Below, piece by piece: positions 8,522 to 16,435 of a stretch of DNA of 41,357 nucleotides (its first letter is position 1; the number at the start of each line of letters is the position of its first letter). This DNA comes from Gammaproteobacteria bacterium (GTDB lineage: Bacteria > Pseudomonadota > Gammaproteobacteria > AKS1). The notes below the pieces were generated by a model. That model was not told the origin of the DNA. It saw only the letters and a list, made by a program, of their open reading frames with translations, and ran no database searches. Location: NCBI GenBank assembly GCA_027078075.1, contig JALTKP010000251.1:1-41357 (forward strand). The letters run 5' to 3'. A program made the translations under genes and the position numbers.

Positions 8522-9108
8522 ATGAAGTTGATCCAAGTCGACGTGCTTTCTTTCGACGTGCGGCCAGTAAAGCAGCAGAGAAAGTGGTTGAGCATGCGCA
8601 GACAAAAATAGAAGCACGTGCAACACGCTGGGTACGACCACCTTTTGCGGTGCCTGAATTGGAATTCATGTTGGCATGTACGCGTTGTGGCGACTGTATT
8701 GAAGCTTGCCCCCCTAAGGTGCTTTTTCCTTTAGCCGCAAGCTACGGCGCCGATGTGGCATCAACAGTTGCATTAGATGTTTTAAGCGGTGGTTGCCAGC
8801 TTTGTGAGGATTGGCCATGTGTGACAGCGTGTGAGGCAAATGCACTTAAGTTGCCAGAGACAGAAGAGGGCGAAAAAGTTTGGCCTAAAATGGCACAAGC
8901 ACGCATTATAAGTGATGAATGCCTCCCTTTTAGAGGGCCGGAGTGTGGAGCCTGTGCTGGTAGTTGTCCCATTGCTGAAACACTCACTTTTCAGCGGGAA
9001 AGACCCTACATTAACCCAGAGAATTGTGCCGGCTGTGGGCTTTGTTTAGCTGCCTGTATTGCTGAACCTAAGGCAATAAAGATGTCATCGCTTTATATTC
9101 AGGACTAA
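8515..9108 (+). CDS. napF: NapF-like (NapF/NapG family) ferredoxin, probably cytoplasmic
   Basis: DPSRRAFFRR with no hydrophobic h-region; VRPPFA; CTRCGDCIEACP and three further Cys clusters. Confidence 0.7.
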   Translation: MVDEVDPSRRAFFRRAASKAAEKVVEHAQTKIEARATRWVRPPFAVPELEFMLACTRCGDCIEACPPKVLFPLAASYGADVASTVALDVLSGGCQLCEDWPCVTACEANALKLPETEEGEKVWPKMAQARIISDECLPFRGPECGACAGSCPIAETLTFQRERPYINPENCAGCGLCLAACIAEPKAIKMSSLYIQD

Positions 9109-9389
9109 AAAATGCTTAACCTGATGAGTTGGCGCAATGGTGATAAAAATATTATTTCTATATATAACAACTAGTTACAAGGATTTAATCGAATTCGGAT
9201 GTAAAATACGATCTAGTCCGATCATTTCCCAAGTATTTTAGTCAGAAAAACTTCTTTGGGTGTAAAAAGACAGTTCATGAAAGGACAAGCCTAATACTCC
9301 ATTAATATAAGTATTAGTGATCATCCATCACTTTTATTGCGCCATTAAAAACTATTGCTCAATTACTGCCAGACTTGAACACATTTGAC

Positions 9390-9418
9390 TTGGCTCTCGT
9401 AGCCTCTTGATTTACACT
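9390..9418 (+). promoter_or_regulatory. Putative sigma70 promoter of aprMBA
   Basis: TTGGCT (9390-9395), 17 bp, TACACT (9413-9418); implies a transcription start near 9425 and a leader of about 170 nt. Confidence 0.4.
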
Positions 9419-9420
9419 AC

Positions 9421-9597
9421 CGCCTGTTTCCACCACGCTTGTTGATGGTGCTGTTTACCGTTTGGATAAAGGTATGCCGCATTTAAATCGTCCATTCGCA
9501 GAGTGGTAGAACAGCACAAGTTAGGTTACAGGTGTGTATACGCCCTTCCTGCTTAATAATATAACGATAGAAATTTAAACTTATAGGAAGTGTCGAT
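9421..9597 (+). promoter_or_regulatory. Structured 5' leader of aprMBA with alternative pairings and an anti-SD
   Basis: 9424-9436 and 9448-9459 can each pair with 9503-9517; CTTCCT (9545-9550) is complementary to the SD AGGAAG (9585-9590). Confidence 0.35.
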
Positions 9598-10446
9598 ATG
9601 TTCAACACCAACCCCTTTGATGCGCTAACAGCATTGATATCTACAGACATTATGCAGGGCTACATTTTTTTAATGGCTGCCCTAGTGTTCTTGGGTACAG
9701 TACTGGATATGATGCACAAGAAAAGTGCCAAATACTTTGCTCTAGATACGGCAAAAAATGATAAAAATGCTAAGCGTGCCGTAGGCGCTGGCGAAAAAGC
9801 TGGAATTGCAGTCGCAACACTAGCAAGCGAAGTGATCACTTCTAGTGAATTCTGCAACACGAAACGTAGAATTTCTCATCTTTTAACTATGTACGGTTTT
9901 ATTATCTTCGTTGCATCAACTGCACTGATGATTTTTGGTAACGGAGCAGAAATTTTGCCAGTACTTTGGCACACAGGCGCTATCATGCTTTGCCTTGGTG
10001 GTTACTGGTTCTGGTTCTCCATCCGCGTTGATGTGAATTCTGAAGGTATTAAGTGGTATCAATTACGTACTGCAGATATCTTTATTGTATCGCTTTTCAC
10101 AACAGCAACATTTGGATTAATCTGGTCTTACCTGCAGTCTTCAGGTATGGGCGCAGTCGCTGACATGGGCTGGACAACATTGTTCTTCGGTTTATTCATC
10201 TTTTCAAACACAATGCTTTTCGGTTCTGTATTTTGGTCTAAGTTTGCACACATGTTCTTCAAACCAGCTGCAGCATTCCAAAAACGTGTTGCTCATGCAG
10301 ACGGTGGACATTTGAATTTGCCTAGTGATTTCGATTTATCATCACCAGAAGTACACGCAAAATTCCCTGATATCCCGCAGTACATGGGTAAGAACCCAGT
10401 CAACATGGGTGCTGGTATCCGTCGCGAACCACCAAACCATTACTAA
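9598..10446 (+). CDS. aprM: Adenylylsulfate reductase membrane anchor AprM
   Basis: Multi-TM protein directly upstream of aprB; HKKSAKYF, RRISHLLTMYG, WSKFAHMFFKP, C-terminal GIRREPPNHY. Confidence 0.92.
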   Translation: MFNTNPFDALTALISTDIMQGYIFLMAALVFLGTVLDMMHKKSAKYFALDTAKNDKNAKRAVGAGEKAGIAVATLASEVITSSEFCNTKRRISHLLTMYGFIIFVASTALMIFGNGAEILPVLWHTGAIMLCLGGYWFWFSIRVDVNSEGIKWYQLRTADIFIVSLFTTATFGLIWSYLQSSGMGAVADMGWTTLFFGLFIFSNTMLFGSVFWSKFAHMFFKPAAAFQKRVAHADGGHLNLPSDFDLSSPEVHAKFPDIPQYMGKNPVNMGAGIRREPPNHY

Positions 10447-10477
10447 ATTTAACTATTAAAGTATAAGAGAAAATATT

Positions 10478-10960
10478 ATGCCTACTTTTGTATATATGAC
10501 TCGTTGTGATGGTTGTGGCCAGTGTGTAGATATCTGCCCATCAGACATCATGCACATCGACAAAACATTACGCCGTGCTTACAACATTGAACCAAACATG
10601 TGTTGGGAATGTTATTCATGCGTAAAAGCTTGCCCACATCACGCAATTGACGTGCGTGGCTATGCTGATTTCGCTCCATTAGGTTCTTCAGTTCGCGTAC
10701 ATCGTGATGAAGAAAAAGGCACCATTGCATGGCGCATCAAGTTCCGTAATGGTCAAAAAGACATGGAACTACTTGCACCAATCACAACTAAGCCTTGGGG
10801 TACTTGTATTCCAAAACTAGCTAACGAAGCAGCTCCTGCTGACACTATGCGTAATAGTGAATTGTTATTTAATGAGCCTAAGTATGTTGCGATGAATGAC
10901 AGTGCGTTACCTACACTGAAATCTAATAAGTTGTCGCTTAAAGAAGGGGTTTACTACTAA
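10478..10960 (+). CDS. aprB: Adenylylsulfate reductase beta subunit
   Basis: MPTFVYMTRCDGCGQCVDICPSDIMH...CWECYSCVKACP...VRGYADFAP. Confidence 0.97.
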   Translation: MPTFVYMTRCDGCGQCVDICPSDIMHIDKTLRRAYNIEPNMCWECYSCVKACPHHAIDVRGYADFAPLGSSVRVHRDEEKGTIAWRIKFRNGQKDMELLAPITTKPWGTCIPKLANEAAPADTMRNSELLFNEPKYVAMNDSALPTLKSNKLSLKEGVYY

Positions 10961-12825
10961 TGAGTTACAAGACAATTATTGAAGACGATATTGACGTCTT
11001 GGTCGTTGGTGCTGGTTTAGGCGGTACAGGCGCAGCATTTGAAGCAAGATACTGGGGCAAGAACAAGAAAATTGTTATTGCAGAAAAAGCTAACATCGAT
11101 CGTTCTGGTGCGGTAGCTCAGGGTCTTTACGCGATTAACTGTTACATGGGTACTCGCTTCGGTGAGAACAATCCTGAAGATCACGTACGTTATGCACGTA
11201 TGGATTTAATGGGCATGGTTCGTGAAGATTTAGCCTTTGATATGGCTCGCCACGTTGATTCAGCTGTACATCAGTTTGAAGAATGGGGTCTACCTATCAT
11301 GAAAGATGCCAAGACAGGCACCTACCTACGTGAAGGTCGCTGGCAGATTATGATTCACGGTGAATCATACAAGCCAATCGTTGCAGAAGCAGCGAAGAAC
11401 TCAGCTGATAAAGTATTCAACCGTATTTGTGTAACGCATTTATTGATGGATGACAGCAAAGACAACCGTATTGCTGGTGCAGTAGGCTTCAACGTACGTA
11501 CTGGTAACTACCACGTATTTAAGTCTAAGACTGTAATCTGTGGTGCTGGTGGTGCTTCTAACATCTTTAAACCACGTTCAGTGGGTGAAGGCGCAGGTCG
11601 TGTTTGGTATGCACCTTGGTCATCGGGTTCTGCTTACGGTCTTATGATCGAAGCTGGCGCGAAAATGACACAAATGGAAAACCGTATCGTACTAGCTCGA
11701 TTCAAAGATGGTTACGGTCCTGTTGGCGCATACTTCTTACACCTTAAAACATACACGCAAAACTGTTTAGGTGAAGAGTACGAATCAAAATGGTTCCCAG
11801 CTCTAACAGAGATGGTTGGTAAAGAGTATCTTGATACAGAAAACCAGCATTTATCTCACAAGCCAATTCCAACATGTTTGCGTAACCATGCATTCATTAA
11901 TGAAGTGAATGCGGGACGTGGTCCGATTCACATGATCACTATGGAAGCATTCCAAGATCCTCATTTAGAAGAAATTGGCTGGCATAACTTCTTAGGTATG
12001 ACAGTTGGTCAAGCGGTTCTTTGGGCGGCAACTGACGTTAACCCTAAATACGAAAACCCTGAATTAACAACTTCTGAGCCATATGTTATGGGTTCACATG
12101 CAACAGGTTGTGGTGCATGGTGTTCAGGTCCTGAAGATGTTTCTCCTGATGAATACTTCTGGGGTTACAACCGTATGACGACTGTTGAAGGTCTGTTCGG
12201 TGCCGGTGATGCTGTTGGTGGTACACCACACGCATTTTCATCAGGTTCTTTCACTGAAGGTCGTTTAGCTGCTAAAGCTGCTTGTAAATACATTGATGAC
12301 GGTAAAGCTGCTGGTATCATGGTTTCTGATAAGCAGATTGCTGACCGTAAGGCAGAAATCTACAAGCCAATGGAAACATACACAGTTGGCCGTAACGAAA
12401 TCGTTGCTGGTTCTGTTAACCCTAACTACATCAACCCACGTCAGGGTCTTGATCGTCTACAAAAGATGATGGATGAGTACTGTGGTGGTTTCGGTGTTAA
12501 CTACATGACTAACGAAAAGCTTCTTCAAATTGGTCTTAAGAAGATGGCTACTCTTGGCGAAGATTTAGAAAAAGTAGCTGCTGAAGATATCCATGAACTA
12601 CTACGTGCATGGGAATTGAAGCATCGTTTCCTTACTTCTGAAAGTGTATTCCAACATACATTATTCCGTAAAGAAACACGCTGGCCTGGTTACTACTACC
12701 GTGGTGATGCGATGAAGTTAGATGATAAAGACTGGCATGTATTGACAGTTTCTCATCGTGATCGTAAAACTGGTGCGTACACCATGGAAAAAGCGCCTCT
12801 TTATCACTTAGTTGATGATGAATAG
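10960..12825 (+). CDS. aprA: Adenylylsulfate reductase alpha subunit (flavoprotein)
   Basis: GAGLGG FAD motif, EKANIDRSGAVAQGLYAIN, WQIMIHGESYK, ARFKDGYGPVGA, ETRWPGYYYR. Confidence 0.98.
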   Translation: MSYKTIIEDDIDVLVVGAGLGGTGAAFEARYWGKNKKIVIAEKANIDRSGAVAQGLYAINCYMGTRFGENNPEDHVRYARMDLMGMVREDLAFDMARHVDSAVHQFEEWGLPIMKDAKTGTYLREGRWQIMIHGESYKPIVAEAAKNSADKVFNRICVTHLLMDDSKDNRIAGAVGFNVRTGNYHVFKSKTVICGAGGASNIFKPRSVGEGAGRVWYAPWSSGSAYGLMIEAGAKMTQMENRIVLARFKDGYGPVGAYFLHLKTYTQNCLGEEYESKWFPALTEMVGKEYLDTENQHLSHKPIPTCLRNHAFINEVNAGRGPIHMITMEAFQDPHLEEIGWHNFLGMTVGQAVLWAATDVNPKYENPELTTSEPYVMGSHATGCGAWCSGPEDVSPDEYFWGYNRMTTVEGLFGAGDAVGGTPHAFSSGSFTEGRLAAKAACKYIDDGKAAGIMVSDKQIADRKAEIYKPMETYTVGRNEIVAGSVNPNYINPRQGLDRLQKMMDEYCGGFGVNYMTNEKLLQIGLKKMATLGEDLEKVAAEDIHELLRAWELKHRFLTSESVFQHTLFRKETRWPGYYYRGDAMKLDDKDWHVLTVSHRDRKTGAYTMEKAPLYHLVDDE

Positions 12826-12828
12826 GAG

Positions 12829-12858
12829 TAAAATTTAGTTATTCGTAACTAAGTTTTA
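12829..12858 (+). other. Hairpin with a TTCG loop immediately after aprA
   Basis: TAAAATTTAGTTA-TTCG-TAACTAAGTTTTA; 13-bp stem with one G-U pair. Confidence 0.45.
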
Positions 12859-12869
12859 TCGAAGCTTAT

Positions 12870-12905
12870 AAAAAAGACCAACAACTTGTTTGTTGGTCTT
12901 TTTTT
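12870..12905 (+). terminator. Rho-independent terminator of aprMBA
   Basis: AAAAAAGACCAACAA-CTTGT-TTGTTGGTCTTTTTTT. Confidence 0.85.
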
Positions 12906-12973
12906 ATGGTTTATAATACGACCCCTTATGGCAGCAAGTAACCATATAAATAGTAGGTATTAAGAAGAGTAGA

Positions 12974-13327
12974 ATGATGAATATTATTGAAAATACAGAT
13001 GAAGAGATTTTAGAGCATGCACATACTATGTGGGCTGATCTGGTCAAATACTCGAATGAAGGAAACTACGGTGCGTTTACCCGAAATTTTTCAGCCTCTT
13101 TTCAAATGGGTGCAAATGAAATAGAAATGGGTAAGCAGTTTGCAAGAAGCGATCTAGCGAAAAACCTATCTGATGATTATGAATACCTTGGCATGATACG
13201 CCGTGGTGAACATGTTACGGTTTTGTACAAGCAGATCAATTCAAAAGATAAAGGCGAATGGTTGGGCAGACTCGTGCTGGGTTATGAGAAGGATAAAGTG
13301 AAAATCTTTGGCGCGACTTTATTTTAA
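12974..13327 (+). CDS. Hypothetical protein (small alpha/beta, possibly NTF2/DUF3887-like)
   Basis: 117-aa ORF with a purine-rich RBS; the fold guess comes from the helix-then-strands pattern only. Confidence 0.7.
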   Translation: MMNIIENTDEEILEHAHTMWADLVKYSNEGNYGAFTRNFSASFQMGANEIEMGKQFARSDLAKNLSDDYEYLGMIRRGEHVTVLYKQINSKDKGEWLGRLVLGYEKDKVKIFGATLF

Positions 13328-13360
13328 GATCGCTTTTTTTCTAAAACAGGTTTCCTAGTT

Positions 13361-13861
13361 ATGTCAGATACAATTGAAAAAGAAAAATTCGTTGAATTGA
13401 ATTATAAAGTCATCGATGAAAAAACCGGCGATGTGCTTGTTACCGTTGATTATCCTATTGGCTACGTTCATGGTGTTAACGATGTTATGAATGAAGAGGT
13501 GACGAAACACCTTGATGGTAAAAAAGTCGGTGACATTATCGAAGTGCCGATTGATATGAAGCAGGTATACGGTGAGAGAGATGAATCACTAGTGTTTACC
13601 GATAACATCGAGAACGTTCCAGAGGAATATCATGAAATCGGTATGACTATCACCATGGAAAATGAAAAAGGTGAACCTAAAAGTTTTATTGTTACTCGTT
13701 TTGATGACAAGACATTAACGGTTGATGGGAATAACCCTCTATGCGGTCGTGAAGTTGTATTCGTGTTGGAAGTACTTAGTATACGTGATGCAACAGATGA
13801 AGAGGTCGATCTTGGGGGAGCAGTAGACGCTGATCCAGATCTTAATGAAATTCTTAGCTAA
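13361..13861 (+). CDS. slyD: FKBP-type peptidyl-prolyl isomerase, SlyD/SlpA-like
   Basis: VELNYKV, PIGYVHG, KKVGD, YGERDE, VDGNNPLCGREVVF, IRDATDEE; no His-rich tail. Confidence 0.8.
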   Translation: MSDTIEKEKFVELNYKVIDEKTGDVLVTVDYPIGYVHGVNDVMNEEVTKHLDGKKVGDIIEVPIDMKQVYGERDESLVFTDNIENVPEEYHEIGMTITMENEKGEPKSFIVTRFDDKTLTVDGNNPLCGREVVFVLEVLSIRDATDEEVDLGGAVDADPDLNEILS

Positions 13862-14883
13862 TGAAATTTTCAACTAATTACATATTTTATCCAGACAATA
13901 AATCGTTGGAAAAGGCCGTTGAACACTATAAAAGCCTAAATTCTGATGATCTTGCTGAGAATGCGAGTGCTGATAACAGAAGTACCGTCATGGATAATTT
14001 TATTTATACTCGCGGTAATTTTGAACAGCATCGTTACAGTGCGAATGTGTTTGAAAGTGCACGTACGTTCCTGCAAGCTTTACTGACAGATGACTTACGT
14101 AATGAATCAGCGAGTAAATGGGCTGAAATACATAATAGCTTAGGTAATATCCTGGCGGCACAAGGGCAAAATCTAAGAGATGCTGATCTATATAAACAGT
14201 CGATTGCATCATTTACGAGTGCTTTAGATGTCATTAGCCAAGCTGACTCTCCTCTTGAGTGGGCTGCAACACAGTCTAATCTTGGCACAGCATTGCAAGC
14301 TTTGGGGCGACAAGAAGCTGACGCAAAACTAATGAACAAAGCCATTGACGCTTACACTGCTGCGTTATTGGAATATTCACGAAAAGATACGCCAGAAGAA
14401 TGGTCGATAGTCATGTTACAACTTGGCGCCACATTTCATACCTATGGTAGCTTGCTTAAAGGTAACCGAACCTTTCAGAAGGCTGTCGTATCCTACAAAA
14501 ATGCTCTTACCGAACTAGATGCCGATCTATATGCGCTAGAGCTAACCGCAACACACAATAATCGTGGTGCGGTACTTCATCATTTGGGTGAATCAGAAGA
14601 AAATGCAGATCGTATAGAAGAAGCGATCAGAGCTTACGAAACGGCATTAACTGTTAGCATGGAACAGCAGCTTCCATTTCACTTGGCTGTGTTGATTCGA
14701 GTGAATAAAGCCACAGCCAATAGCGTATTCGCTGAAATGACAAAAAATACGAGTCTTTCCGAGGAAACGGCAGATGAATTTGAATTAATTATTGCTTGTT
14801 TCCCGCATGCGATTCAACCTTTGTGTTTAAAACACTGTGAAGAGCAGTTGCTTAAGGCGCGATCTTTGGCGAGCGGCAAGTAA
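13861..14883 (+). CDS. Tetratricopeptide-repeat protein
   Basis: Repeats of the WA.TQ.NLG.AL..LG / A..AY..AL type; TAATG coupling to the slyD-like gene. Confidence 0.85.
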   Translation: MKFSTNYIFYPDNKSLEKAVEHYKSLNSDDLAENASADNRSTVMDNFIYTRGNFEQHRYSANVFESARTFLQALLTDDLRNESASKWAEIHNSLGNILAAQGQNLRDADLYKQSIASFTSALDVISQADSPLEWAATQSNLGTALQALGRQEADAKLMNKAIDAYTAALLEYSRKDTPEEWSIVMLQLGATFHTYGSLLKGNRTFQKAVVSYKNALTELDADLYALELTATHNNRGAVLHHLGESEENADRIEEAIRAYETALTVSMEQQLPFHLAVLIRVNKATANSVFAEMTKNTSLSEETADEFELIIACFPHAIQPLCLKHCEEQLLKARSLASGK

Positions 14884-15053
14884 TGGCTGAAAATATCACT
14901 CTATTAGATATTATAATGCCTAGGTAAGAAGATTGTATAATTACCCTGTTATGTTTTTACGCTAAAAGAGGTAAAATGGGGTATATAAAGATAGTTATTA
15001 ACTACAATACCTTGTGGTGGCTATCATGAATTTAAGTTAATAGGAGAATTCAA

Positions 15054-15221
15054 ATGAGCGGAGCCGGCCCTAAAACCAGACCAAAAGTGCCTGAAGGTAA
15101 ATCACAGTTTTTGACAACTACTCAGAAAGAGATTGTTGAAGGAGCGTTTCATGTTGGTTATACGACTACATGGGAACCATTCCAAAAAGAAGTGAAGTAC
15201 AGCACTCCAAAACGCCCATAA
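15054..15221 (+). CDS. Small hypothetical protein (55 aa), absent from the ORF track
   Basis: AGGAGA RBS, then MSGAGPKTRPKVPEGKSQFLTTTQKEIVEGAFHVGYTTTWEPFQKEVKYSTPKRP*, followed by a terminator. Confidence 0.7.
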   Translation: MSGAGPKTRPKVPEGKSQFLTTTQKEIVEGAFHVGYTTTWEPFQKEVKYSTPKRP

Positions 15222-15273
15222 GCTCTTCAGTTGTGTGAACTATAAGCTCACACGAGATGATTAGTTTAGTTTT

Positions 15274-15304
15274 TAAAAAGCACGCTTTTATAGCGTGCTT
15301 TTTA
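15274..15304. terminator. Bidirectional intrinsic terminator
   Basis: TAAAAAGCACGCT-TTTAT-AGCGTGCTTTTTA between convergent genes. Confidence 0.85.
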
Positions 15305-15339
15305 ATTATAGTACGAAATATCAGGATAGAATTTTTAGC

Positions 15340-15771
15340 TTAAACTCGATCAGAAAGCTTGTAATCAACATCAATAAAAGCCCCAATATCTGCTAAAAAT
15401 TTTACCAATCTGCCACCAAAACCAACATCCGGGCAGGTATCTCCCTTATCAATAGATAAGGTTATCACTACGCCAAATCTGGCGGATAAATTGTGGCTTT
15501 TACAGATCTCAATAATTTTTTCTTTGATGGGTTCAAGTTGCTTAAAGATGATTTCAGTCATTTTATAAAGATCAACTTCTTCAGTGCCATCATCCGTTGT
15601 AATTGTCGCGGTTGATATCTCCCATGAACTAATTGCGGGTTTATCCATACCGCTTCTGCAGCCAGCACTATTGGTTGAAGTAGGTTCTACTCCAAGCAGA
15701 CGAGTTATGTCATCAGGGTTGAAGTGATAACCTGAAAGCGAGAAGTAAGCTCGTCCTTTGTTAGATGCCAT
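15340..15771 (-). CDS. DUF4279-like protein
   Basis: AYFSLSG...FNPDDITRLLGVEPT...SSW...LVKFLADIGAFIDVD; GAGG RBS. Confidence 0.75.
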   Translation of the reverse strand: MASNKGRAYFSLSGYHFNPDDITRLLGVEPTSTNSAGCRSGMDKPAISSWEISTATITTDDGTEEVDLYKMTEIIFKQLEPIKEKIIEICKSHNLSARFGVVITLSIDKGDTCPDVGFGGRLVKFLADIGAFIDVDYKLSDRV

Positions 15772-15951
15772 GGATAATTTCCTCGTTATTAAATAGCAGA
15801 CCAGATTATAACGTATAGATAGTAATAGATGGATTCTAAAATTAATTTATTAAGTATAAGAATGCGGTACTAGGACAAGATAATAGAAATACCTTATAAT
15901 GCGCGTATTTCATAGGGTTTAAAGTAACGTCTATATAGAGGGAAGAGAAAC

Positions 15952-16356
15952 TTGTCATCTGAAGAAAAAAAGCGAGATCCAAATAATCCATGTCTATTTT
16001 GTACAGATCCAAAAGGTGTGTCGCTGGATAGCGAACTTGCATATAGTGCACGAGATACTTATGGAGTGAGCCCAGGTCATACTCTGGTGATTCCAAAACG
16101 TCATGTCGCCAGTTTTTTTGATCTGACACCTAACGAAGTCAGTGCCTGCATGGAATTAATAACTGAGGAACGAAAATTACTAGATCAAGAATTTAATCCT
16201 GATGGTTACAATATTGGCGTTAACGTGGGAGCAGCGGCAGGACAGAGCATCCTTCATGTCCATATTCACATTATTCCCCGATATAAAGGTGATGTTGAAA
16301 ATCCCCAAGGTGGAGTCCGACATGTGATCCCAAAGAAGGCTCATTACACACGATAG
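15952..16356 (+). CDS. HIT-family nucleotide hydrolase
   Basis: CLFC, SPGHTLVIPKRH, GYNIGVNVGAAAGQSILHVHIHIIPRY (HxHxH triad); TTG start. Confidence 0.92.
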   Translation: MSSEEKKRDPNNPCLFCTDPKGVSLDSELAYSARDTYGVSPGHTLVIPKRHVASFFDLTPNEVSACMELITEERKLLDQEFNPDGYNIGVNVGAAAGQSILHVHIHIIPRYKGDVENPQGGVRHVIPKKAHYTR

Positions 16357-16382
16357 ATAATATTCTTCAGAATAAGTTAGAT

Positions 16383-16416
16383 ATTTAAAAAGGCCGCATA
16401 AGCGGCCTTTTTAAAT
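16383..16416. terminator. Bidirectional intrinsic terminator
   Basis: ATTTAAAAAGGCCGC-ATAA-GCGGCCTTTTTAAAT between the convergent HIT and MCP genes. Confidence 0.88.
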
Positions 16417-16435
16417 CAAGTATTAAAGTAATAAA

